A DNA stretch of 41,519 nt from Chiloscyllium plagiosum (GCF_004010195.1 NC_057718.1:32443883-32485401); one strand, 5' to 3'; numbered from the stretch's first letter, positions 11,592 to 24,598 are shown. Made by a program: numbers and translations. Notes: generated by a model from the letters alone, not told the origin.

Positions 11592-11934
11592 TTCTGGACA
11601 GCTGAAAATACAGGTAAGTCAATTTTTAAATGTTTCTTGGGGCTCCACAATCTTTCCAACACCCCAAGGTATCCTAATGACCTGGGTTGGGTGGGTTAAA
11701 GGACTGTCCTGCTCCTGCTGCGATGCAAAGCTCTGCAGTGTGATCTTCTCAGATCGCCACCATCTTAGATCCTTCGTTTTGTGATTTTTAACTTTGTGCA
11801 CCCCAGTCGAACACTGCTACCTCCACACCACAGTTGTTGGCCAAGTAAGTCTGCTCTGAAATCCTTCCAAAACAATCATATCCTTCCTTAAATAAGAAGA
11901 ATAAAATTGCATACAATACTCTCGATTTGGTCTC

Positions 11935-12056
11935 TCCACCCTTCAGGCACTCTGCCTGTATTCCTGATGAAGGACTTTTGCCCGAAACATCGATTTTCCT
12001 GCTCCTCGGATGCTGCCTGAACTGCTGTGCTTTTCCAGCACCACTCTAATCCAGAA
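11935..12056 (+). mobile_element. 122-bp PLE terminal mini-insert with a mutated hammerhead motif (11964-11993)
   Basis: 13-bp TSD TCGATTTGGTCTC (11922-11934, 12057-12069); CTGATGA-A-GGAC/TTTT/GCCC-GAAA-CA-TC. Confidence 0.85.
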
Positions 12057-15000
12057 TCGATTTGGTCTCATCAATGTCTTGTATACCTGAATATAATTTC
12101 CCTACTTTTATATTTAATTTCCCTCACATAAACAACAACGTTTTATTAACTTGCCAAATTATTTGCTGTACCTGCATATTAACCTTTGGTGACTCATGCA
12201 CTAAGTTTGTCTTCATCTCAAGGTTCTTCAGTGTCTCATTGGATATATAAGATGTCTCTTTTAATCCTTCCTGTGGGTAGGGAGGTGGAAGCTCCAATTG
12301 GATGGGCTGGAGATAAGAAGAGGACTGAAAGATAGATGGGGAAGAAGGAGGCTGGCTGCACTGGGTCAGGGGAGAGGGAGACTGCAAGCAGAAGAGAGGG
12401 AGGTCGCAAGTGGAGAGGGAAAGGGGGAGGACAGGGAAGCTACATAAGGGAGAGAACACGTGTAAAAAACGTTCAATAAAGAGATGATCAGCTTTGTAGA
12501 AGCCAGGAAAATATAAAGGTAATAAGTTCCTTGTAAATGAACGTGACATTTCTAGCTTAACAATACATGAATTCTGTAGCTCCTATGTGAAAAAATATCG
12601 AGTGGACATTGATGCACTGAATAGTGTCAATTATTAATTTTAACTCTGAGATTTTGATCTGTGGCTCAGTAAAAACATAACTGCCTGGTTAAAGTCTTCT
12701 AGCTTTGTACGTATGCAATTGAAATGCATTAACTATGACCTTATCAGCCTGTGGAAGGTGTCTTTAGAATAATTTTTTCTAGAGTGATCGCATGTAGAAA
12801 TATATGTCAGTTACTTGAAAAGAAGGGTTTGGTTGTTAACTTATACTGTTGTCTCATACAAATTTAAGTACTGCAGTATCTCGCAAATTAGTGTCTTCAT
12901 TGTGTGTTGTGACTTCACAATTAATGGAGTTTGATAATTCTTGAGAATGTGATGATTTCTTCTAATTCTGATTTGTGAATCCAAATATCTACAAATGCAG
13001 AAGGTATTATTTTTGCAATATCTGCATCACCAAATAAAGGATTTAAAGGAGAATGAAAAGGAACCCTGTAAACTAAAAAAAGTAACTGAAAATTAAAAAG
13101 TAGTCCTAATGAAAATACAAGAAAACTCTTGAAGCAAAATGGTCTTGACGCTATGATCATTCCTCAGTTTGATTGTCTAATCAATCAAATGTCTGCAGTT
13201 TTCTGGAAACGTATTAGGATATTATTTCAAGCATACACTTTCCCAAATCTCATCTAACAATTCTTCATTTGTGTTTAATATTAATAGGTTGTCAGACAGT
13301 AAAATATGTCAGTCAAACCCAACTGATCTTATCACGAGCTCATATCTGTATTTTCACATTTTCCAGTCATGTCAGTAGGCTGTGATTAGGTGTGGAAGGC
13401 TTTTCTGATTTTTGGTCTCTCACCACTTAATGGCCCTCTAATGTCTAGCACCACCTTGAATGAAATAAATTAATGTAGCACAGTTTTAAAATTAAGCTTG
13501 CATTCTTTGATTTATTTTAGTCCTTTTTTCAATGAAGCTGGAAGAACTATCAAACTCTGTGTGCTGCGTTTGCACATTCAACATTTGTTCATGATGTTCC
13601 TTGTGTCTAGTATGCACTGGACACCTGCATTGTTTCAGAATATTGAACCTTACCACTATACTATTTATAAGATTAACTACAGAGATACGAATGAACTTAA
13701 TAGAAGATGGAATAGTCAACATTTTGTCTGTGGGAACATTTCAGTCTGTAAGAGTACACAAAGTGCTTCCAACCCTCAATGTAATGGATATTCTGTTGAT
13801 GAGAATGTTCTTTTTTCCCATTGCCCAAATCTCCATTTAGATACACTGAACTCAAGATGACATGGAATGAGATTTTTGATTGTTTTTAAGTTTTAACCTG
13901 AGATTTTATGAAATGTTTCTCACCTCTGATTCTGTACACGGTATCCACATGCAATCAGGTACAACTTGATGGAGAATGTTTCAGGAGTTTTGCAACAATA
14001 AGTAGAGAAGTGGAAGGTAAAGAACAATGTTCACTCAATAGAATATAGCAAGTAACTGACTGCTTTGTCAGAATAAATAGCCAGCCTCTGTGCTGAGCCT
14101 GTTAAAATGAGCATTTTGTTGTGCACCAAGTCATTCAGCATACACTCCCAAAGGAGAAAACAAACCTTTGGTTTCAAGGGACAGATCCATTTAGAGTGAT
14201 CATTTTCAAAACGCAATCTTTTACATACATTTCACTAATCCATTGTGCGATTAACAGAGGGAAGCAGTCTGAATAAAAGCAAAAAGGCTTTTCCCCTTAC
14301 AATGCTTGACCCTTCAGACAAGTTTCAATTGCTTTTCTGACATTCAAATGATTGTCTGGGGCAGATCTGTTATTAGCTGTTATTATCACACTATAGGCTT
14401 AGCCTTATCAGAACAGTGGGCCAGTTGGACAGAACTTAACTATTGATAGCTTGCTGTACTAGTTGTGGTTCAATGAAAAGGGTATGAGGTCAGTGCCTAG
14501 GCTTTATACTGCTCTCTCTAATAGCAAGTACAATAATATGGCTAACTCTGCCAAGTGAGATTTGCATTTAGAGACTGCAAAATCATCCAGGAAACTTTCA
14601 CTCATAATTTTCAACCAAAATTATTGCCAGCAACAAATATGAACAGCTCACACTGGCATCATGTAAATTGGGTCTGTCATTTCTAGCCCAGTTTTAGTAG
14701 ATGAACTATCAACCAGTTCATTCAACCAGCAGCATAACTTCATTATCATAGATCTCTAGGCCCTTGCCACAACATTGCAGAAGCAAACTCAAGGTTCTGT
14801 TAAAAAATGTCAAACACTCAAGTTGCCTGCAAGGTAGGACAAGACAGAAACAAGTAGCAAAAAGCAAATTTAAGATTGATACCAGGAAAGTTTTTCTTCA
14901 ATATGACTCAACACTTTGATTGGGACAGAGGAAGTAAAAGAAGAAGGGCGCAATGCTTTTAATACGTTATTTCCTCTCCAAACGGTTAGAGATAGATAGA

Positions 15001-15599
15001 TGCCAGATCTGCTGGACTTTCTCCAGCACGTGCTGTTTCTTTGTCAGATTCCCAGTATCCACAGTATTTAGCCTTTACCCTAGTTTTACCAAGCCCCTTA
15101 TGGCATTGCCTTGGAATCAGAGCATTTAATAAACTTTCCTGACATGATTTCATAAAGATTATTAGATCAGTCATAATCTCATTGAAGACTTAATTGCATG
15201 AATGGCCTACTACTGTTCCTCCATCTTACGGTCAATGAGCTTGAAACCAATGATCGTAATCCATGTAATTTTGATAACTACCCACAACTTACATTTAATT
15301 TTCTCACCCAGACCAAAAATGATTAATAAATTACGGAGAATTGTGTAGCCAAGTCTCAGTAAAAGTGTTTCTAGGCAGCTATTTCACTGCATAAAAAAGC
15401 ACTTGAAGTCCATCTTTAAACTGGTGACATCTATTTTAAAGGGCATTGACTACAAATGCCTCGTCCCTTACTCCATTTGTAGGACACTGCATCTCCTAAA
15501 TCTGAAAACTGTTGGAATGCTGAATGGATGCTAGTAAGTGTCTGAATGTTAATTTTGTATGATTTGTGGATATCTGTATGACGTATGTAAATATTCAGT

Positions 15600-16960
15600 T
15601 TTATAACAAAGGTGATGGCCTATCTCACAAGTTGCTAAAGAATGTTGTATGAAGGTAGTGGAAGGGCTGACCATAATCTCCTAACTATTCCCTAGTCTTA
15701 CCAAAATATTGAAAACTGGGAAATGTGGCATACTAATTCAAGGAAGTGTGGATTTAGTTAGTAATTGCAAGTCAATTCATTTAATGTCAGTGATGGGTAA
15801 GGTTTTTAAAGCAATAATTCAGGAAACAGTTAAATGGCATTTGGAAAGGAATGAGTTAATTAAGGGGAGCCAGCATGGATTTCAAAAAGGCAGATTGTGC
15901 TTGAGTAATCTGGTTGAATGAAATAATAGAGTGACCTGATGAAGAGAGTTGAGTGGCCATTGTCTGTAAGAAAACATTTAACAGAATACTACATAAAAAG
16001 CTGGTTAACAACATTGAGGCTCATGTAATGGTGAGGGGGGTATCATTCTCTACTTGGATAAAAATATTGGCATAAGGACAAAAAAACAGTGAGTCATAGC
16101 TTGTTTTGAGACTAGAGGATAGGAAACAGTGGTAAACTCATTGCCAGAACCACTGCTTTATTTGATATATATATGGCTGGAATATTACAATACAGAGTAA
16201 AATTTCAAAACTTACATGTGGAACCAACCGTGGACACATGACAAATGGTGAGAGTGATACCAATCAACTGGAAAGCACCTAGGTAAGTTAACAGACTGGA
16301 CAATCAAGTGGCAGATGGAACTTGATGCTCATCGGTCTTTGGTGATCACAGGCCATAGAATAGAAAGCAAAGCACTCGATTTTTGCAGTGTATAAATAGA
16401 GATATTGAGCACAAGAAGCAGAGATGGTTATCTTTAATGAAGATCCAGTTAGGCCATATTCAGAGTATAACATTTAACTTTGATCACTGCACCCTTAGAA
16501 ACCTGAACGATTTTGAGATGTTGCAGAGTAAATTTACCCAGGGCCCCAGCGATATTAATATAATAAATTACGTTGTTCTCCTGGGAACCAAGGCTGTTGA
16601 AAAGAAATATGATGGATTTAATTGAGATTACAATTTGTGATAGATATAGTTGAAGATAAAGCTGTTTCTGTTAGCTGATGGTACAAAGACTAGAGGATAC
16701 AGATTTCAGATTTTGGATAAGAGATACAAGAATGAATGGGAGGAAAAGTTTAATTACATAGAGAGTGGTTGTGACCTGGGCCTTGCTGTCTAGAAGGTCA
16801 ATGGAAGCAGAGATGATCAATAATCTTGAAAGGAAATTAGGCCAACATTTGAGGAACATGAGTTTGCAAGACTGTAGGGATGGAGTGTGATTATGGGAAT
16901 GACGGTATATATCTGCAGAAACCTGGCATGGAATCAATTGTTCAGTCTGTCTCCTTATAG
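15600..16960 (+). mobile_element. Ancient CR1 LINE ORF2 and 3' remnant
   Basis: Peptide SVMGKVFKAIIQETVKWHLERNELIKGSQHGFQKGRLCLSNLVE parallels the CR1 RT at 40479-41087. Confidence 0.8.
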
Positions 16961-17349
16961 ACTATAATGAGTGTATGAATGGATTTTTCCCATGCAGGTT
17001 GGAACTAGGTGCCAGATCTGGATTTCAGTCAGAAAAGTGCCTCTGTTTGGAAAGTGCCTGAAGTTCAGATTTTTGCCAAGCGAGCCTTCAACTGATCCGA
17101 AGAATTTAAAGATGCCAGTTAGTGTTTCCAGTCATTTGGGAAAGGCCACTATTAAAAGATGGGTTCAGCTGGAGAGCGACCTCTTTTTGATCACCGTGTG
17201 GCCTAGTGAGGAACCTGATGTTGTTCTCCTGGGTCTCGGAGCCTGTTCCATGATGCACCTCCTGGCTGGTGCAATCTCAGCAGTGAGTGCTGCTTCAGGT
17301 GGCACTGCTGATGAACCACTGACCTTTCAAATTGGTTAGCAGCACTTGA

Positions 17350-17800
17350 GGGTGGAATCTCCATCCTTAAATGGATGGCACTGGCATCTCAATAGCATCC
17401 AGGGCAAAGCATCCTGCTTGGTTGGCACCACATCCACAAACATTCACTGCTTCCACCACAAATGCTCAGTAGTAGCAATGTGTATTATCTACAAGATGCA
17501 TTGCAAAAATTCACCAAGACTCCTTGGACAGCACCTTCCAAAGCTATGTCCTTAAGTACAGGGGCTACAGACACTTGAGAATACCACCACCTGCAAGCTG
17601 CCCTCCAAGTCAGCCACCATCCTGACTTGGAAATATATCCCTATTCTTTCAGTGTCGTTGGGTCAAACTCCTGGGAGCTCCCTGCCTAACGCCAATGTGG
17701 GTCTACCTACAGCAGGTGGACAGCAGCAGTTTAAGAAGCAGCACATCATCATATTCTCAAAGGCAGCTAGGAATGGGCAATAAATAGGCAATAAATCCCA
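17350..17800 (+). mobile_element. CR1/L2-group LINE 3' fragment
   Basis: Similar to 1380-1830 and the reverse of 28600-29030. Confidence 0.75.
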
Positions 17801-18119
17801 TAATTGGATTCTTAAAAAGTTAATTTGCCTAAAGGATATAGAGTTGGATCAAGGCTCCTGGAAATGATCATGTCTCTGCCATCATGAGCATTAAATTCAG
17901 CCAAAGTGTGCAGAGGAAATTCCCATAAGGATAACAAGATAATGCCTGCATGAAATAAGTATGTGTAAGACAGAGGGTATAGTTAAATTTGCACGGATAA
18001 TGGTATAATCATTAAATGGTAGACAATTTCACATATTCATTATTTTTAGCAAAACTATAAATCTGTTGGGCAATACTTGCTTCAGATCTGTGCATGAGAG
18101 AAAGTCTTCTGGCAAGGTT

Positions 18120-18604
18120 TGTGGGGTGAATTTGTACTTGCAGAGTTACATTCTACTTTGCTCAAAAACTGCATGAATTCATGTCAGACTCTGTCAACTC
18201 ACTTTTTCGATTAGAATCAGTCTAAACATTATGGCACAGACAAGGAACACAGGGGGCGAACACCTTCAACACATTATCTGGGCAGATACCATTGAGAATG
18301 TAACATTTTTTTAAAAAAGTTTTGTGATTTACATGTGAAAGAGGTGAAACTATCATGGTATTCTAACAGACGAAAGACTCAACAAACAATCAAGGTATTT
18401 TTCAATCTATAATTTCAGTTTCATCACACTGTAAACTTTTGCTATAAATTCTGTGTCTTAGAATCTTATTCTCCGTCACCACCTGATGAAGGAGCAGCGC
18501 TCCGAAAGCTAGTGTTTCCAATTAAATCTGTTGGACTATAACCTGGTGTTGTATGATTTTTAACTTTGTACATCCCAGTCCAACACCGGCATCTCCAAAT
18601 TATG
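18120..18604 (+). mobile_element. PLE terminal fragment (AGCT-type family)
   Basis: 3' part is nearly identical to 6276-6366 and 7040-7127; ends ...CCCAGTCCAACACCGGCATCTCCAAATTATG. Left boundary approximate. Confidence 0.8.
18480..18514 (+). ncRNA. Minimal hammerhead ribozyme motif, intact
   Basis: CAC-CTGATGA-A-GGAGC/AGC/GCTCC-GAAA-GC-TA-GTG. Confidence 0.8.
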
Positions 18605-19044
18605 GCATGAAAAATGTAAGTTAACTCTCCCTGGGATCAGATATTGTTTTCTGGCTGTTTTGTATGTAATATTGATTGAATTTCGCAATAAAAGTACTGG
18701 TTAGATTATGACCAGCAGCCTTCGGTAAGTGATATGAATTAAAAATGTTGTTAAGATGTAAGTGATTCCCAAAACAGCTAAAACCTTTGCCTTTGCCAGA
18801 GTTTGTTGGTTGGTGGTGGGGCCAGAAAGATTGAAGGGTGAAAGCTAATTGGTATAACGGTTTATTTAGATGTGCTTTTGAAATGTATTCTTCTATCGTC
18901 AGCTAAGTGCAGTTTTAATTGATGAGCTTTTGTTGACATAATGAAACTCCTTCTCTACAAATGTTTCATTGTTTGCCTCCAATAGCAGCTACTTGTAAGG
19001 CCTTAAGCAATTTAGCTGTAAAAGCTCTTTCTTCCTTCATTTAG

Positions 19045-19199
19045 GACCGCCTTTTCTTCGTCATGGAATACGTAAACGGAGGCGATTTAATGTTTCAAAT
19101 TCAACGTTCCCGAAAGTTTGATGAAGCTCGCTCAAGGTTTTATGCAGCGGAGGTCACTTCAGCGCTCATGTTCCTTCACCAAAATGGCGTCATCTACAG
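19045..19199 (+). CDS. PRKCE: Internal coding exon (155 nt) of protein kinase C epsilon, kinase domain hinge to just before the catalytic loop
   Basis: Translates [52 protein letters not shown], matching the remembered PKC-epsilon sequence (closer than PKC-eta). Polypyrimidine tract + TTTAG acceptor ends at 19044; AG/GTACTT donor at 19200. Confidence 0.95.
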
Positions 19200-20495
19200 G
19201 TACTTGCTGAAAAAGAACAGCTGGGGTGTTCATGGTTGGTTTGGCTTGAATGCTTTCATATCTTAGCAACGAGTTTGGTTTAGAGCATACCGCCTTAGTT
19301 ATCGTGCATGTTGAGACATGGGCCTGTATTGTTTTTGTTTTGTTTGTCATTCACAAAGTTTACATTTGAATAGCACCAGAAGCAGCAATCAGATGCAATG
19401 CCAGACTCATATTGTGAGCTTTTACAAAATGCTTGGCACAGCCTGACTGTCTGCTATCCTGCCAATGGAGGGACACAATCTCTTTATTTTCTCTTGACAC
19501 CCACTGAAAATTTATAAAAGGTTTTTCATTTCCACCGCCAACCACTCTGACACCATCCCCCCACAACCATCTTCAAAAAGAAACATTCTCCCATTTCCTT
19601 TATTTATTTGTGTTGTCCTCTTGTTGACTGAATAGGACAACAGTCACAGGGTCCTTGTTTCTTCTCTCTTGTTCTCAGCAGTTAAGGGCAAACTATGAGT
19701 CATTCGCAGGAAGTTGCTGTTAGTGAAGTGTAAAGAAAAGGCTTTGCCAGCCATGTTATTGAGCCAAGAGCCTGTGTATTACCTCCAGGATAAGCAGAAC
19801 TCATAATGCTTTGTGGAGGTCTTTTTAAAATAAAAATCAATGTAACGTCATATATTCACAAAAGTGAACTGTAGTTGCTCTAATACAGAAATCAAAATTG
19901 TTTTAAATGAAAAATGCGAGTTGAAGCAAAAACATTTTCCACTCAAGCTACTTGCCTGGTATCTGTCAAGAAATGACACAAGAATACTTCTGCTGTTCCT
20001 AATATTTGCATTACTTCACAGAGTGCAAAGATTTTGAGTTTGCTCCCTCCCAGATATTCCAGTATGTCAACAAAGGGACAGAATGACCTACATCCCAGAG
20101 GACCTTTTTACATTCAATGAGGAATGGAGCTTCCTTCTGGTTTGGGAATTCTATGCTGATGAACCTGGGAAATCTACATCCACCAAAATTTGCCCATTTT
20201 GTCAGAGCGTGACTATCAGATAACCGGCTATCAGTCATCTTCCACATTGCTGGATTCGACAGAACTTTTCCCGACTCTGGATGAGGGAAGCATATGGAAG
20301 GAGTAAGGGACTGTTGGAGACCAGGACCAGAAACGCAAAGCTTGCACCAGTATTGTGAGTTACAGATAGATGAATGGGGTTTCTGGAGGCATCAGGAGGT
20401 TTTGCCTGCTGATTGTATAGCCAGACAGCATCTGTGTTGCCTCCTCTGCAAAGATTTTCAGTGTAAAGTGCTACTGGGGCACTGTGAATGGACCG

Positions 20496-20697
20496 TGGCA
20501 TGGAATTGTAAAGTGGTTGAGGCAGGTACATTATCAACATTTAAAAGGCATTTGGACAAATACATGGGTAGGAAAGGTTTAGAAGGATTTGGGCCATGTG
20601 CAAGGGAATGGGGTTAGCGTGGATGTACATTTTGGTCGAAATGGAACAGTTTGGGCCGAAGGGCTTGTCTCCATGCTGTAGGACTCTAGGCCTCTAT
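20496..20697 (+). mobile_element. CR1 LINE 3' tail
   Basis: Peptide VVEAGTLSTFKRHLDKYM followed by the CR1 3'UTR ending in short GACTCTA-type repeats. Confidence 0.85.
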
Positions 20698-21037
20698 CAG
20701 AGTGCAGTGTGGACCCATTATCCATTGATACTTCTGATTTAAAATCTCATTTTAAAAAGAAAGTTGCCAAAGTGAAATGTTCATGAAGTAGCAAAACATT
20801 GCCATTGCTCACACACAGTGGACCAATTACCTTGTTGAGTCAGCTTTTGGGCACTTATTGGTCAATGAGATTGCTAGTCCTCTGGTTCTCCTGCCTGTTC
20901 CATTTCATAAACAAATATCACTGCCACCTGCCTTTGAATACTGGCACCCAGAACTAGTTCTCATCTCCAAGCAATGCCCAACACCTTTCATTGTTATGAA
21001 AATTTATCTCACATGTTAAGTTTTGTATACATCTAAA

Positions 21038-21372
21038 CAGAGCTGAAAATGTGTTGCTGGAAAAGCGCAGCAGGTCAGGCAGCATCCAAGGAGCAGGAGA
21101 ATCGACGTTTTGGGCATGAGCCCTTCTTCAGGAATGAGGAAAGTGTGCCAAGCAGGCTAAGATAAAAGGTAGGGAGGAAGGGCTTGGGGGTAGGGGCGTT
21201 GGAAATGCGATAGGTAGAAGGAGGTTAAGGTGAGGGTGATAAGGTGAGGGTGATAGGCCGGAGTGGGGGTGGAGGCGGAGAGGTCAGGAAGAAGATTGCA
21301 GGTTAGGAAGGTGGTGCTGAGTTCAAGCGTTGGGACTGAGACAAGGTGGGGGGAGGGGAAATGAGGAAACTG
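21038..21372 (-). mobile_element. PLE terminal fragment (ACGT-type family) with hammerhead motif at 21102-21133, GAAA mutated to AAAA
   Basis: Reverse complement aligns with 24670-24990; CTGAAGA-A-GGGC/TCAT/GCCC-AAAA-CG-TC. Confidence 0.85.
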
Positions 21373-22009
21373 TAGAAAAAAAACAATGTGCCCTCTTCTG
21401 TTAGTTGCCCATGTCAAATAATTTGCACATGTATTATTATTTACTTAATCCAACTATGTCATCTCTCCTCCAAGTCTTTCCCCAGTAAAATTATGTCTAG
21501 TCACTTGAAACCTTCAATTTCTAAGGCATTTTAAAAATTATTTCAAATGCAGCAATTTTTTTTTCATGCGGAGTGATTGTTCTGGATAGATGTAATTCTG
21601 TCTGAACTCAGAAGCTGGCTGAGGTCACGTCTAGTTAGTACTTATTTAAGTATGCTTATTTACAGTATTCTGATCCAGTTCTCAACATAAGGGAATGAGA
21701 AATTGGACTCGTTAGTAACCACATTTTGGGTGGCGTGAGTGCCATTACTCATCCACAGTGGCATCTACAGTGCACCCACACGTGCACAGTTTTCTGACAC
21801 GCATCACACCAGACATCACCTTGGTGAAGATGTTGGTGCAATGTAAAGTAGGTGGATCAATCAGCATTTAAAATTCAAATAATACCAGCAGAGACACTTT
21901 GGAGTTCAGAGCTCCTTCCAAGACCTTCTGTGCAGCTTGCACAGCTGAGTACCATTAAGAAAAGAAAGTACCAATCTCCAGTGCTTATTAAAGGGACGGT
22001 TCCAATCTG

Positions 22010-22112
22010 GCAATGTTTTTCTGCCTGTATTGCTCACAAGACAAAGCCTTTCACTGTACCTCGGTACACGTGACAACAAATTCAATTCAATTCAATCCAA
22101 TTCAGTTCAATT
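22010..22112 (+). mobile_element. Non-LTR retroelement 3' tail (Rex1/Babar-like) ending in an (AATTC)n microsatellite at 22079-22112
   Basis: TTTCACTGTACCTCGGTACACGTGACAACAAA followed by imperfect AATTC repeats. Family name from memory. Confidence 0.55.
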
Positions 22113-24598
22113 AACAGCTCACACATTTGGTTTATTCTGAGTATTGCTACAATTCTAAACATTTCTAGTGTTAGGGCTCTTATGTCACCTTCTAACCCAG
22201 AAGACCTGGGTTCAAGCCCCATCCTGCTTAAGAGGTTTAACATAACATGTCTGAGTAAGTTGATTTATGTAAAAACATACAAGTTTGTGATGCTTTCATA
22301 GTTGTCTCATTTGTCCTAATGCTTCAATGCAATGCTATCCCAATGGCAGCAGTACACCTGGTGGAAAACTGGTGACTGAATTCCAGTACAGGAGACTACA
22401 AAGTGGACTTAGAGAATGATGTAAAGCAACTCCAAGCATAAAAGATACACTTTTAAGTCTTCACAATATCAACATGGGCAATCTGGGTTGGTGGGTTCAC
22501 AGGCAACAGGGACACATAGTTTGGCTGGGATGGGAGGACATTTGCTACAATCCTCAGAGAGGACCACTGAGTCACTGCCATTTCCCCAGGTCATTGCCTC
22601 AGTAAGACCGATAGACATTCAAAGGGCATATTGTGAGACTGCAGTGACAAGCTCCTTGTCCTTTTGAACATCAGTATCCACAGCTCAGTGGCAACAGCCT
22701 GCACTTTCACCACAAGAAGATGGTTTTTTATGACTTCAGTCTGACCTTTAGGAGCAGCACTCAGAGTTTCGGTGAAAGTTGCTTGTCTGTAGTAGAAGCT
22801 GAGACATCAGCTGTGTGAGTGAGCCACATGAGTGAGTCCACAAACTTGTGTTCTCCACTGTTTCATTGTGGCGGAGATAGGCTGCAAGTTTTGAGCAAAG
22901 CTTTTTACCAAATTGTGTCGGATTTCTTCATATACCATGACATTGATCACAGAATTTCTGGAAGGCTTCCAAATGCACCAAATGTTTTGTTATTAATACT
23001 CATCAATGTTCTTCTGAATGCTGTCCCATCAAAGTCCTCATCTGAGTCCTCACCTGAGCAGATTTTGTGATCAACTTCACCTACTATCAAGCTCTCACCT
23101 GCATTCCTTCCCAATTGTCCTGGCTGCAGCACACTCATATCCTGTGTCTCATTACGTGCAGCTCTCACCTTGAAACGATCATCTTGAGTTACCTGCTGTA
23201 TCAATTTCTGGGCTGATGTGAAATTGAGTGTCTCCATTATCACTGACTTCCTACTATTCCTGTATTCCTTGGGTAACTGACAGGATAAAGGCTCAAGGCT
23301 GAGATTGTGTTGAGAGATTGGGGAAGGTAGGTGCTGCAATGCTAATACCACCTTCAGTTTGTAAACCAGAAGGGATGGTGGGATGGGTAGAAATGGGTTG
23401 TGAAAAGGAAGATTAAGTTTGACAATGCAAACTCTTTCATTGGTTTCAGCCCTGCTGCTGGCCATAGACTCAGCAATGTCCCTTCCAGCATTGACCAGAA
23501 ACATCTCCTCCATGTTGGCTGGAGAATAGAGGCAGGTACCTTCACCTTTAGGTTAGCTGTTGCTGCCTTCAGACATTCACAACCTTCTGCAAGAGAGAGG
23601 GAGATATATTAGTGAAGGTGGGACAATATAGACACTTCAATGACACAGAAAACTTGGTAGGTCCCTGATGGAGCATAGACTTTGGACAATGCAGGAACAA
23701 TTCACCTTAGTATCAGTCGCCCATTGTTTCCCTGTAGCTTCTGCACATTTGTCCTTTTCACAAAGAGTCATAGAGTCACATAATGATCCAATTCCCTCAT
23801 GAATGTTCAAATGAATCTGCCTTCACTGCACTTTCAGGCAATGCATTCCGGATCCTAAGCATTTAATGCAAAAGTAAGCTCTTCTTCATGACACCATTGC
23901 CTCTTTTACGAATTACCTTTGACCTCTCTGGCTGTGTAATATTTTTGGTAAAGTGGTTATCATAGTTGTAAAGCTGGAAACGTCAGCCAAAGTGGGTGTG
24001 AGCATTAAACATTGCTTCATATGTGAGAGTGAGGTGAGGCATATGCAATTTAAATAAGACTCCTGCTACTGCTCAAATAACTACAGCACCTTCCAAACAT
24101 GCAGCCTTTGTCATATGTTGTGGCACTGACTAGTTAGCTTGCGGTTGGGGTAGACTGCTGCGATCCTCATATCTTAAAAAAGAAATCAACATATTTGGAG
24201 ATGTTATTACATGCATACCTAATTAACAGTGGTAAGGAAAGACCACAATTGATAAACTATTCTGAAAATTCTAAAAGAGCTGCTTGTCTTAACAAGGTTA
24301 TTGCAGGATTGCAATACTGCACAAATTACATTACTTAGTTAGTCATAATTACAAAGATTGCAATTATTGTGACTGACCACCATGGTTACTATTTTTTAAA
24401 AAACTGTGAGCCATCGAGCCAGATTTCATTCAGAGATTTGACTTGTCCCATAGTACCATCAATTGGAGTCTTGGCACTATCAGAAGCCAGGTATGACAAT
24501 GTTAATCTCCAATGGGACCTCATGCTCAACTGCCTCTTCCCCAGCCAAAGACTGTGTGGCATTATCAGGTTAGGTAGAAATGAATGCATTTCTACCTA

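Larger units (their letters stand above)
7128..11775 (-). mobile_element. L1-clade LINE with both ends present and an internal ORF2 deletion (4648 bp)
   Basis: 13-bp TSD GTTTTGTGATTTT (7115-7127, 11776-11788), reading TT/AAAAA on the element strand as for an L1 endonuclease site; ORF1 and ORF2 remnants; AATAAA on minus at 7145-7150 and an A-rich tail. Confidence 0.95.
5808..12240 (-). mobile_element. Old CR1 LINE 3' fragment split by nested insertions (pieces about 5808-6235, 6367-6385, 11840-11934, 12057-12240)
   Basis: The pieces join across the TSDs into continuous CR1-like RT C-terminal and 3' tail sequence, similar to 37946-38254. Confidence 0.65.

Noticed and set aside
12240..12450. 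Purine-rich tract and part of a 141-aa Pro/Ser/Leu-rich minus ORF
   Set aside because: Low complexity; probably an eroded PLE terminus, with no intact hammerhead core.
13498..13860. 120-aa ORF and overlapping ORFs in AT-rich unique sequence
   Set aside because: Non-ATG start, no PKC or other motif; consistent with chance.
14990..15075. Further PLE-like tail (GATGCCAGATCTGCTGG...TCCAGCA)
   Set aside because: Too degraded; ribozyme core and TSD not identifiable, so not counted.
19063..19266. 67-aa ORF as a standalone gene
   Set aside because: It is the PRKCE exon read from an internal Met through the donor into intron.
22947..23513. 188-aa minus-strand ORF with an acidic patch (EDSDEDFDG)
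   Set aside because: No recognisable domain or splice context. It may be decayed DNA-transposon sequence, but I cannot support that without a search.
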